Positions 43,153-51,633 of a stretch of DNA of 64,000 nucleotides are shown in pieces. The stretch spans positions 452,078-516,077 of the forward strand of contig CAVRMM010000002.1 of assembly GCA_963722525.1 (NCBI GenBank). Reading direction: 5' to 3'. The position numbers and the translations under genes are program-made. Every line of letters begins with the position of its first letter. Position 1 is the first letter of the stretch. The notes beneath the pieces were generated by a model that ran no database searches, was not told the DNA's origin, and saw only the letters and a list, made by a program, of their open reading frames with translations. This DNA comes from an uncultured Actinomycetes bacterium. GTDB taxonomy: Bacteria > Actinomycetota > Thermoleophilia > Gaiellales > F1-60-MAGs149.

Positions 43153-43286
43153 CTGTTCATGCTGCACTAGCTGCGCGTTTCTCAATTGTTCTAAGGCATC
43201 TGCAAAAGTTGCCGAATATAAGAAACAAGAAGCAATACGCCCTGCGGGGCCCCAGCAGCACCCATTCAGCCAGGGAGGGCGGAACG

Positions 43287-43607
43287 GTGGCAAGACGACA
43301 GTCGGATCTACTCGAAGACGTGAGCGTCGCCAGCCGCGTCGTGGACCTCGAGTTCACGGTCGGCCAGGTGTGCAAGATCGCCGGCATCACCAAGATGCAG
43401 CTCGACTACTGGACCGTGCGCGGGGACATCCCGACGCTCGGCAAGAAGCAGCGTCTCTACGACTCGCACGCCGTGGAGTTCGTGATGCTCATCAAGCAGG
43501 CCCGCGACCTGGGCTTCGACGTGAACGCCGCGATCGCCGCCGCGAAGGAGTACCAGGGCATCCGCGACACGCAGCGCTCGGACGAGCAGCTCCGCCGCGC
43601 CGCCTGA
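43287..43607 (+). CDS. MerR-family helix-turn-helix protein
   Basis: This is the tail of ORF 42444..43607. It has FTVGQVCKIAGITKMQLDYWTVRGDIP...RLYDSHAVEFVMLIKQARDLGF (a MerR-type HTH plus wing). GGGAGGG precedes GTG 43287. Confidence 0.68.
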   Translation: MARRQSDLLEDVSVASRVVDLEFTVGQVCKIAGITKMQLDYWTVRGDIPTLGKKQRLYDSHAVEFVMLIKQARDLGFDVNAAIAAAKEYQGIRDTQRSDEQLRRAA

Positions 43608-43667
43608 GTCCGGCCGGCGCGCGCCGGTCGCCCTCCCGCCGGCGCGCCCCCGTATGCTCTCACCGCC

Positions 43668-43739
43668 GGGCCTGTAGCTCAGCGGTAGAGCAGCGGACTC
43701 ATAATCCGTTGTGCCCTGGTTCGAATCCAGGCGGGCCCA
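43668..43739 (+). tRNA. tRNA with anticodon CAT; elongator Met by anticodon, but with tRNA-Ile2 (lysidine)-like features
   Basis: Hand-folded cloverleaf: acceptor GGGCCTG/CGGGCCC, anticodon arm GCGGA-CTCATAA-TCCGT, T arm CCTGG-TTCGAAT-CCAGG. It is not an initiator (no GGG:CCC in the anticodon stem). C4-G69/C5-G68 and the G27:U43 wobble also occur in E. coli ileX as I recall it. Confidence 0.85.
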
Positions 43740-44337
43740 TCTCCGGCTGCCCGCGAGCCGGTGCCGGCGCGAAGTGGAAGTGCGTGACGCCCGTGTCCTC
43801 CACCGTGCGGGTCGCCGCGAGCCGCTGGAATCCACCGTGGGGATCGAACAGCGGCGTGCCCGCTCCGAGCAGCACGTGGACGAGGTGGAGCCGCAGCTCG
43901 TCGAGGAGCCCGGCCGCCAGGAACGCGCGGCCGATCGTCGGCCCACCGATGACGACCACGTCGCGATCTCCCGCCGCCGCCCGGGCGCTCTCGAGCGCCT
44001 GCTCGACGCCGCCGGCGAACGTGAACGTGCTCCCGCCCGGGACGGAAACCGGCTCCTCGACGCGGTGCGTGACGACGAGCACCGGGAGGCCGTGGAACGT
44101 CTCGGGACTCCAGTGGGACTTGCCGACGTCGAACACGCCTCGCCCCATGACGACGGCGCCGGCGCTGCCGAACACCTCGTCCTGCACGCGCCGGCCGGTC
44201 TCCGTCGCACCGGAGAACATCCAGTCGTGCAGCCGCTCGCCGTGGTCGCCGAGCGGGTTGCGGGCGCTGATGCCGGGCCCCGCGCCGTACCCGTCGAGCG
44301 AGACGGACAGATCCAGGATCGTGCGGCTGCGGCTCAC
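43699..44337 (-). CDS. Dihydrofolate-reductase-like (RibD C-terminal domain) family protein
   Basis: ORF 43699..44337 has LDLSVSLDGY, VVMGRGVF, VVVIGGPTIGRAFLAAGLLDELRLHLVHVLLGAGTPLF and VTHFHF. The last 22 or so codons run antisense into the tRNA, so the 3' end is suspect. Confidence 0.78.
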   Translation of the reverse strand: MSRSRTILDLSVSLDGYGAGPGISARNPLGDHGERLHDWMFSGATETGRRVQDEVFGSAGAVVMGRGVFDVGKSHWSPETFHGLPVLVVTHRVEEPVSVPGGSTFTFAGGVEQALESARAAAGDRDVVVIGGPTIGRAFLAAGLLDELRLHLVHVLLGAGTPLFDPHGGFQRLAATRTVEDTGVTHFHFAPAPARGQPEMGPPGFEPGHNGL

Positions 44338-44506
44338 GACTGACCTCCTGCGGTAGCTGTTTCTGAGGACCGGCGCGCGCGTTGGAACTCATCGCCGGCG
44401 GCGAGGCAGACGACCGAGCCTGGGAAATCCTCGTTTCAACAGATATTCGCTTGGGCCGCATGGTTGCTGGGCTCGCGACGTATCACACCCATGAATCCTC
44501 CATCTC

Positions 44507-44546
44507 TTTCAACAGTTTCCACAGGTTTCAAAAGGTTTTCCAAATG
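44507..44546. repeat. Four tandem imperfect 9-12-nt A/T-rich repeats (TTTCAACAG TTTCCACAG GTTTCAAAAG GTTTTCCAAATG) upstream of hemA
   Basis: Read directly. A fifth copy, TTTCAACAG, lies at 44434-44442. Both TTTCAACAG copies are preceded by GAA(A)TCCTC. Confidence 0.6.
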
Positions 44547-44678
44547 CTCCGCTCAGACACTCGATGGGGCGGGGGGCCGACCGAAGCTACGGAGGTCCTT
44601 GAAGGTGGAGAACGACTGGCAGCTCGCCCGATCCGCTGAACCCGTCCTGCACGTTCGCAGGCCGGTCGAGATCGCGGC

Positions 44679-45914
44679 ATGACGCTGGCCCTCGTCGGCA
44701 TCTCCCACCATCGTGCGCCGATCGAGCTGCGCGAGCGCGTCGCCATGGACCTCGACGCCTCGCGCGCGGTCGCCGAACGACTCGGCCCCGAGTCGGTCGT
44801 CGTCTCGACCTGCAACCGCACCGAGCTCTACCTCGCCGGTGACGGCGACGCCGAGGAGCGCGCGGTCGAGCTGCTGACGACGCTCGCCGGCGACCGCCGC
44901 GACCAGCTCGAGTCGGTGCTCTACCGCCTGCGCGACGAGGCCGTCGGCGTCCACCTGTTCCGCGTCGCCGCCGGGCTCGACTCGAGCGTGCCCGGCGAGG
45001 GCGAGATCCTCGGGCAGCTGCGCACCGCGCACGCGGCCGGAACGGCCGGGCCGATCCTCGACCGCCTGTTCCGCGAGGCACTGCGCGCCGGGCGCCGCGT
45101 GCGCGTCGAGACGACGATCGGGCAGAACCCGGCCTCCGTCCCGTCTGCCGCCGCGGCCTTCGCGCAGCGCGTGCTCGGCGACCTCGCCGGCCGCCGGGTG
45201 CTGCTGCTCGGCGCGGGCAAGATGAGCGCGTCGACGGCGCACAACCTGGTTTCCCGCGGCGCGGAGATCACCGCCGTCGCGAACCGCACGCTCGACAACG
45301 GCGAGCAGCTGGCGCGCCGGTTCGGCGCGCGGGCCATCCAGCTCGCCGACGTCGTCGCCGAGCTGGCCCAGGTCGACGTCATCGTCTCGTCCACGAGCGC
45401 CCCCGGCTACGTGATCTCGCGCGCCGACGTCGCCGCCGGGCTCCCCGTCCGGGACGGCCGCCCGCTGCTGCTCGTCGACCTCGCCGTGCCGCGGGACGTC
45501 GACCCGGCCATCGGCCGGCTGCCCGGCTGCTTCGTCAGCAACGTCGACGACCTCGAGGCCGTCGTGGCCGAGACGATCACGGTGCGGCGCAGCGAGGCCG
45601 CCCGCGCCGAGCGCATGGTGGCCGCCGAGGTCGAGCGGTTCCGCGAGTGGCGCGCGTCGCTCGACGTGATGCCGACGATCGTGGGGCTGCGGGCCCTCGC
45701 CGACGAGATCCGCGACAGCGAGCTGGAGCGGATGGGCGCGCGCCTGTCCGACACCGAGCGGCAGCAGCTGGAGTCCGTCACCTCGAAGATCCTCGCGAAG
45801 CTCCTCCATCTGCCGACCGTCCGGATGAAGGAGGCGGCCCTCGCCGCCGACGGCGTCGTGATGGCCGACGTCGTGCGTCACCTGTTCGGCCTGGGCGAGG
45901 AGCAGCGAGCCTGA
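44679..45914 (+). CDS. hemA: Glutamyl-tRNA reductase
   Basis: ORF 44679..45914 has GISHHRAPIELRE, VVSTCNRTELY (catalytic Cys), GEGEILGQ, the NADPH site LLLGAGKMS and VANRT. Confidence 0.9.
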   Translation: MTLALVGISHHRAPIELRERVAMDLDASRAVAERLGPESVVVSTCNRTELYLAGDGDAEERAVELLTTLAGDRRDQLESVLYRLRDEAVGVHLFRVAAGLDSSVPGEGEILGQLRTAHAAGTAGPILDRLFREALRAGRRVRVETTIGQNPASVPSAAAAFAQRVLGDLAGRRVLLLGAGKMSASTAHNLVSRGAEITAVANRTLDNGEQLARRFGARAIQLADVVAELAQVDVIVSSTSAPGYVISRADVAAGLPVRDGRPLLLVDLAVPRDVDPAIGRLPGCFVSNVDDLEAVVAETITVRRSEAARAERMVAAEVERFREWRASLDVMPTIVGLRALADEIRDSELERMGARLSDTERQQLESVTSKILAKLLHLPTVRMKEAALAADGVVMADVVRHLFGLGEEQRA

Positions 45915-46015
45915 TGGGCGGCTTCGTGCGCATCGGCAACGGCACGTCGCCGCTCGACGACGTCGACCGGGTCGTCGTCCGCCTCTCGCCCCTTCCCCCC
46001 GAGGTACCCGCGAAC

Positions 46016-47065
46016 ATGAACGTCCGTCGTCCCGCCTTCCTTCTTGCCACGCTCGCCTCCGCCGCGCTGCTCGCCGCCTGTGCCGGCTCCAGCGGCGACG
46101 CGACCTCCGGCATCGCCGCCGTTCCGGCCGATGCCGCGGCGCTGGTCGCCGGCAAGCCGATCCTCAGGAAGGACGTCGACCACCTGGTCGCCATCACGAT
46201 CGCCGGCTACAAGCAGCGCCAGGCGACCGTGCCGCTGCCCGGGACGCCGGAGTACGACGCGGTGCGCCAGCAGGCGACCCAGGTGCTGTTCCAGCGGGCC
46301 GTGGTCCTGGCGGAGGCCGCGAAGCAGGGCATCGCGGTGGACGAGGACGCTGTGCAGAAGGCGCTCCGGGACGCCAAGGGCAGCGCCGGCGACGCAGCCT
46401 GGCAGCAGCAGCTGGCCGCCATGGGCGCGAGCGAGGCCGACTACACCGACACGATCGCCGTGCAGCAGCTCGCGAAGGCGCTGCAGATCCGCGTCGCGAA
46501 GCAGGAACCGGCGGTCACGGATGCCGAGATCGAGGCGCAGTACGAGAAGGTCAAGGCGAACGCGTACAGCGTCCCCGCCGCGCGGAAGGTCATGCACATC
46601 CTGATCGGGCCGGCCGACGGCACCGCGCCGGCCGAGAAGCGCCTGCCGGCGTACCGCGCGAAGGCGGCGAGCATCATCAAGCAGCTCCGCGGCGGCGCCG
46701 ACATGAAGACCCTCGTCCAGCAGTACTCCACCGACGGCCGCAAGAAGGAGAACGAGGGCATCTACGACGTCACGCGGTCCGGGTTCGACAAGGCGTTCGC
46801 CGAGGCGGCCTACGCGCTGAAGACCGGCGAGTTCACGTCCGAGCCGGTGCAGACCGCCTCCGGCTACCACGTGATCAAGGCGCTCGCCGCTCCGACGAAG
46901 GACGGGATCAGGCCGCTGACCGAGGTCGCGGGGCAGATCCGGGCCGAGCTCGCCGCGGAGCGCACGGGCACCGCGACGGCCGCGTGGTTCGACCGCGTCC
47001 AGTCCGAGTACGAGGCGAAGACGGCCTTCGCCGCCGGCTACAGCCTGCCGACCGCCGTCGGCTAG
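46016..47065 (+). CDS. Parvulin-type peptidyl-prolyl isomerase lipoprotein (PrsA/SurA-like)
   Basis: This is the tail of ORF 45647..47065. It has the lipobox LLAACAG, a SurA-N-like helical region and a PpiC domain (MHILIG...GFDKAFAEAAYALKTGEFTSEPVQTASGYHVIK). Confidence 0.8.
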   Translation: MNVRRPAFLLATLASAALLAACAGSSGDATSGIAAVPADAAALVAGKPILRKDVDHLVAITIAGYKQRQATVPLPGTPEYDAVRQQATQVLFQRAVVLAEAAKQGIAVDEDAVQKALRDAKGSAGDAAWQQQLAAMGASEADYTDTIAVQQLAKALQIRVAKQEPAVTDAEIEAQYEKVKANAYSVPAARKVMHILIGPADGTAPAEKRLPAYRAKAASIIKQLRGGADMKTLVQQYSTDGRKKENEGIYDVTRSGFDKAFAEAAYALKTGEFTSEPVQTASGYHVIKALAAPTKDGIRPLTEVAGQIRAELAAERTGTATAAWFDRVQSEYEAKTAFAAGYSLPTAVG

Positions 47066-47156
47066 TCGCGCGGCGCCCGGCGCCGGCGTCTACCATGTCG
47101 GCATCGAACGCTGGCACCTCCCCTCGATCGATGCATCCGGGCAACGCGAGCCGCGC

Positions 47157-47483
47157 GTGCTCTTCTCCACGCCCGAGTGCCGGGCCGTGGTGATCGACCT
47201 GCGTCCCGGCGACGAGCTCGGCGACCACTCCGTGCGCGAGCGCGCGACGATCCAGGTCGTCTCCGGCTCGGTGGCGATCACCAGCGGCGGCCAGACGGTC
47301 GAGGCCGAAGCCGGCACGCTGATCACCTTCGCGCCCGGTGAGCGGCACGCGATCAGGGCCGGCGGCGATGCGCGGGTCCTGCTGCTGCTGTCGCCGTGGC
47401 CGGCCACGTCGCACTACGCGTCGGGCGAGGACGCCCGCCCCGACCGGCTCCCGGGGAACGCGCAGACCCCCTCGCTCGACTGA
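47157..47483 (+). CDS. Cupin domain protein
   Basis: ORF 47157..47483 has G..LG.H......IQVVSGSVAI.....TVEAEAGTLITFAPGERHAI, the two-motif cupin pattern. Confidence 0.7.
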   Translation: MLFSTPECRAVVIDLRPGDELGDHSVRERATIQVVSGSVAITSGGQTVEAEAGTLITFAPGERHAIRAGGDARVLLLLSPWPATSHYASGEDARPDRLPGNAQTPSLD

Positions 47484-47579
47484 GTTCCGGCGCGTTCGGC
47501 GCGATCGGAAAACCGTCCCGGCGACCACTGCGTATCACGACGAAAGTCGGATTGGCGTGAGTTCTACGGCAAGCCCTTC

Positions 47580-48732
47580 GTGCCGCCGATCCCGAACCAG
47601 GGATCGGGCCGGATCGGCGCCTCGTTCGTCTTCCTCGGCAGCGCCGCCGGCATCGTCGGCACCAACCCGGCGAACGCGCACGCGCAGATCCTGCCGTGGC
47701 TGATCGTCACCGGGAACCAGGACATCACCGTCGGCGGGTCGGCGGTGGACGGTGCCGGCGACGTCAACGGCGACGGCTCTGACGACATCATCATCGGCGC
47801 CGCCGGCTTCGACGCCACCGGGCTGAACTGGCCCGGCGCCGGCGCCGATCCGTTCCGCGACGGCGCAGCGCTGATCTTCCACGGCGGCCCGGCCGGCATC
47901 GCGAACCCGACCGCCGGCATCACCGCGACGACGCTGGCCGGGGCGGCGCAGACGGTGACGTCGGGTCAGGAAGGAGGCGCCGCGAGCTACTCCCTCGGCG
48001 CCGGCGACGTGAACGCCGACGACCGCGACGATCTGATCGTCGGCGTGCCCGGCGACGACAACGGCCACACGCGGGAGGGCGCGGCGTTCGTCCTGCTCAG
48101 CGGGCACGACCGGTCCGCCACCGCCACCGCCGCCGGAGAACCGGCCGCCCGTCGCCAACGCCGGGCCCGACCAGGTCCTGACCGACACGGGCGGCGACGG
48201 CTCGGAGGTCGTCACCTACAACGGCTCGGGCTCGTCCGACCCCGACGGCACGATCGTCGCCTGGAACTGGTCCGTCGTGCTGGCGGGCGGCATCCGGTCG
48301 ATGCTCGGCAACACGTCGACCTGCTCGGTGCAGCAGTCGGTCGGCACGTACACCGTGGAGCTGACGGTCACCGACGACCGCGGCGCGACGGCCACCGACC
48401 AGGTGCTCGTGTCGTTTGCGGCGGCCCCGCCGCCGCCACCGGCCGCGCTGCCGGCGCCGAGCCTCACCGCGCCCGTCACCGGGACGCGATTCGGCCCGGG
48501 CCGGACGGTCGCGTTCGACTGGGGCAACGTCGCCGGGGCGACGGGCTACACGATCCAGGTGGACGACGCGAACACGTTCCCGGCTCCGCTGGTCGCGTCG
48601 GCGAACCCGACGGCCTCGGCCTGGTCGACCAGCACGCTGCCCACGCGGCGCCTGTTCTGGCGCGTGCGTGCGGTCAACGCCGCGGGCACGCCGGGCGCGT
48701 GGTCGGCCGTCCGCAGCATCGAGATCCGGTAG
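47580..48732 (+). pseudogene. FG-GAP repeat / PKD-domain surface protein remnant (no N-terminus or signal peptide; one frame break)
   Basis: ORF 47580.. has FG-GAP units (GASFVFLGSAAG, GDVNGDGSDDIIIGA, GDVNADDRDDLIVGVP, GAAFVLLSG). After an extra base near 48105 the protein continues in the frame of ORF 48277..48732. That segment has a PPPPPPP linker, a PKD-like unit (ANAGPDQ...DPDGTIVAWNW...GTYTVELTVTDDRGATATD) and a terminal Ig/FN3-like unit. The open frame starts right after the cupin stop, with no ATG. Confidence 0.68.
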
Positions 48733-48845
48733 CGCTCGCGATGGTCAGGGCGGCGGGTCGGCCGGTCGTTCACGGCCGGCTCGCCGACCGACATCGAGTG
48801 ACGCGCCGCACGGTACGCGCCCGTGCTGATCCGTATACTCGCGCC

Positions 48846-49472
48846 GTGATCGACCTCACAGCGGCTCTCATCGCGGACGCCCTCGACGCCATCGGGCTGC
48901 GCCGGCAGATGCTCTCGAGCGCGCTCCGGCCGCTCCGGCCGGGGTTCGCGGTCGCCGGCCCCGTGCTCCCGGTCCGGGTGGCCGCCGCCGACCAGATCGC
49001 CGCCGAGCCGTACCGCACGGAGATGGCGGCGATCGACGCGATCCGGCCCGGCGAGGTCCTGCTGTACGTCTGCGATCCGGACGTCCGCGCCGCGGTCTTC
49101 GGCGAGCTGTTCGGCCAGGCCGCGCGCGCGCGGGGCGCCGCCGGGGTCGTCGCCGACGGTCCGATCCGTGATGCGGCAGCACTTGCGGAGGCCGGCTGGC
49201 CGGTGTTCGCGAGCGCGTTCTCCCCGCTCGACACGAACGGCCGGGCCGAGGTCGTCGCGATCGGCGAGACGATGCGCTGCGGCGATGTCGAGGTCGCGCG
49301 CGGCGACCTGATCGTCGGCGACGAGGATGGCGTGGTCGTGTGCCCGGCGGCCCGCGCCGACGACGTCCGGGACGCGGTTCGGCGCCAGCTCGAAGGCGAG
49401 TCCGGCGCCCGCGCGGATCTGGAACAGGGTGTACCGCTGGCAGCCGTGTGGGAGCGCTGGGGTGTCCTGTAG
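48846..49472 (+). CDS. RraA family protein (4-hydroxy-4-methyl-2-oxoglutarate aldolase / oxaloacetate decarboxylase-like)
   Basis: This is the tail of ORF 47580..49472. It has AVFGELFGQAARARGAAGVVADGPIRD, WPVFA and GDLIVGDEDGVVVCP. Confidence 0.78.
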   Translation: MIDLTAALIADALDAIGLRRQMLSSALRPLRPGFAVAGPVLPVRVAAADQIAAEPYRTEMAAIDAIRPGEVLLYVCDPDVRAAVFGELFGQAARARGAAGVVADGPIRDAAALAEAGWPVFASAFSPLDTNGRAEVVAIGETMRCGDVEVARGDLIVGDEDGVVVCPAARADDVRDAVRRQLEGESGARADLEQGVPLAAVWERWGVL

Positions 49473-49502
49473 CGCCGCCCGGGCGGAGCTGCGGGGTGCG
49501 GG

Positions 49503-50627
49503 GTGACGGAGGCCGGATCGGCCACGAGCACCACCGCCGCCGTCCTGCGGGGGTTCGGCGCTCCGCACCGCATCGAGGAGGTCGCGCTGCGCGCGCCCGG
49601 GCCGTTCGAGGCACGGGTCAGGATCACGCGCGCCGGCGTCTGCCACTCCGATGTCGGCCAGGCCGACGGCGAGTGGAGCGCGACGCTGCCGCTCGTCCTC
49701 GGGCACGAGGGAGCCGGCATCGTGGAGGCGGTCGGCGCGGGCGTCGAGGTGCCGCCCGGAACGCGGGTCGTGCTGAACATGGCGCCTGGATGCGGGTCGT
49801 GCCGGGCGTGTGCCGCCGGCCGGCCGATCCTCTGCCAGCCGGCGCTGGACGCGATGTCGGCGGCCGCCCTGCTGACGGGACCGTCGCCCTTTCGGGCGCA
49901 GGACGGCCCGATCGGCACGTACGCCCTGCTCGGGTGCTTCGCGCGTCACGTGGTCGTGTCCGCCCGGAGCCTGATGCCGCTGCCCGACGACGTGCCGGAC
50001 GAGGTCGGAGCCCTGCTGGGGTGCGCCGTGATCACGGGCGTCGGCGCCGCGATCGAGACGAGCGACATCGCGGCCGGGTCGCGCGGCGCGGTGATCGGTG
50101 TCGGCGGCGTGGGGATGAGCGCCGTCCAGGGCGCTCGCGCCCGCGGTGCCGCCGACGTGATCGCGATCGATGCGGCCACCTCGCGCCTCGACCTCGCGGC
50201 GGCGTTCGGCGCGACGCGGTCGATCCGGGCGGACGACCGCGGGCTGCTGGACGGCATGGTGGCGTCCGCGCGGCTCGACGGCCTGGACTGGACGATCGCG
50301 ACCGTCGGCGCGCCCGACGCGATGCGTCTTGCGATCGACCTGCTGCGGCCGGGCGGGACGGCCTGCATCGTCGGCCTCGCCCGTGAGGACCATCCCGTGC
50401 CGGTCGACATGCTCGACCTCGTGACGTTCGAGAAGCGCATCGTCGGCTCGGCGTACGGGAGCCTCGCGCCGACGCTGCTCGTGCCCCGGATCATCGAGCT
50501 GTACCGGGCCGGGCTGCTGCGTCTCGACGAGCTCGTGACCGAGACCTTCCCGCTCGAGGCGATCGACGAGGCATTCGCGCGATCGCGCGGCTCTGCCGGC
50601 CTTCGGCCCGTCCTCGAGATGGCATGA
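49503..50627 (+). CDS. Zinc-dependent alcohol dehydrogenase (MDR superfamily)
   Basis: ORF 49503..50627 has GVCHSD, GHEGAGIVEAVG, the structural-zinc cysteines CGSCRAC...C and the Rossmann motif VIGVGGVG. Confidence 0.85.
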   Translation: MTEAGSATSTTAAVLRGFGAPHRIEEVALRAPGPFEARVRITRAGVCHSDVGQADGEWSATLPLVLGHEGAGIVEAVGAGVEVPPGTRVVLNMAPGCGSCRACAAGRPILCQPALDAMSAAALLTGPSPFRAQDGPIGTYALLGCFARHVVVSARSLMPLPDDVPDEVGALLGCAVITGVGAAIETSDIAAGSRGAVIGVGGVGMSAVQGARARGAADVIAIDAATSRLDLAAAFGATRSIRADDRGLLDGMVASARLDGLDWTIATVGAPDAMRLAIDLLRPGGTACIVGLAREDHPVPVDMLDLVTFEKRIVGSAYGSLAPTLLVPRIIELYRAGLLRLDELVTETFPLEAIDEAFARSRGSAGLRPVLEMA

Positions 50628-50640
50628 GCGGCGCCGCCCG

Positions 50641-51633
50641 GTGACCTTCTCGGAGGCGCACCCGTTCGTCCGGTTCCTGATCGGGCGAAGCATCGCCGCT
50701 GTCGGCACGCTGCTGGTCGCGTCGATGCTGATCTTCGCCGCCACCGAGCTGCTACCCGGCGACATCGCAGGGGCGGTGCTGGGGAAGAACGCCACGCCGG
50801 AGGCGCTGGCCGAGGTGCGCGCGCAGCTCGGGCTGGACAACTCCGCCCTCGAGCGCTACCTCGACTGGCTCGGCGGGTTCGTCACCGGCGACCTGGGCGA
50901 CTCGGCCGCCGGCCTCGCGGCGGGCGCGGAGAGCGCCCCGATCATCGACCAGATCCGCGAGCCGATCCGCAACACGCTGATCCTCGCCGGCATCACCATC
51001 GCGCTGCTGATCCCGCTGTCGCTCATCCTCGGCGTCATCACGGCGACCCGGGCCGCGAAGCCGACCGACTACGTCGTCTCGACGCTGACGCTCGTCGCCA
51101 TCTCGCTGCCGGAGTTCGTGATCGGGTCGCTCCTCGTCCTGGTGTTCTTCGTCCAGCTCGACGTGCTACCGCCGGTGGCGCTGGTGCGGCCCGGCGAGAG
51201 CCCGCTCGAGCAGCCCCGGGAGCTCGTCCTGCCCGCGCTCACGCTGCTCGCGACCTCGCTGGCCTGGACGACGCGGCTGGTACGCGCGGCGATGATCGAT
51301 GCGCTCGCCTCCGAGCACGTCGAGCAGGCGCGCCTGAACGGCTTCAGCGAGCGCCGCGTGGTCTGGCGCTACGGGCTGCGCACGGCCCTCGCGCCCACCG
51401 TCCAGGTGTTCGCGCAGGCGATCCAGTACCTCGTCGGGGGCGTCATCGTGACCGAGGTCGTGTTCGGCTACAACGGGCTCGGCAAGGAGCTGGTGGACGC
51501 GGTGGCGGTACGGGACGTGCGCGCCGTCCAGTCGATGGCGATGCTGATCGCCGTCGTCTACATCACGATCAACATCATCGCCGACCTGCTGGTGGTGCTC
51601 CTCGTCCCGCGCCTCCGGACGGCGGCGCGATGA
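50641..51633 (+). CDS. ABC transporter permease (DppB/OppB type)
   Basis: ORF 50641..51633 has the N-terminal RFLIGR...LIFAATELLPGD, the EAA loop EHVEQARLNGFSERRVVWRYGLRTAL and the C-terminal NIIADLL. Confidence 0.88.
   Translation: MTFSEAHPFVRFLIGRSIAAVGTLLVASMLIFAATELLPGDIAGAVLGKNATPEALAEVRAQLGLDNSALERYLDWLGGFVTGDLGDSAAGLAAGAESAPIIDQIREPIRNTLILAGITIALLIPLSLILGVITATRAAKPTDYVVSTLTLVAISLPEFVIGSLLVLVFFVQLDVLPPVALVRPGESPLEQPRELVLPALTLLATSLAWTTRLVRAAMIDALASEHVEQARLNGFSERRVVWRYGLRTALAPTVQVFAQAIQYLVGGVIVTEVVFGYNGLGKELVDAVAVRDVRAVQSMAMLIAVVYITINIIADLLVVLLVPRLRTAAR

Noticed and set aside
43153-43760. An integrative-element remnant (AT-rich island + MerR/excisionase-like HTH + tRNA)
   Set aside because: There is no integrase, no direct repeat of the tRNA 3' end and no phage or conjugative genes on either side. 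The small gene also lies 5' of the tRNA rather than beyond its 3' end.
44382-44682. Small ORFs (85 aa and 72 aa) in the hemA upstream region
   Set aside because: Their composition is atypical for this genome, they have no ribosome-binding site, and their sequence is dominated by the A/T-rich repeat array. I treat the region as regulatory.
47481-47483. TGA read-through or selenocysteine joining the cupin ORF to the in-frame FG-GAP ORF
   Set aside because: I saw no SECIS-like hairpin immediately downstream. The 32 intervening codons look non-coding. A cytoplasmic cupin fused to an exported FG-GAP/PKD protein makes little sense. Sharing a frame has a one-in-three chance expectation.
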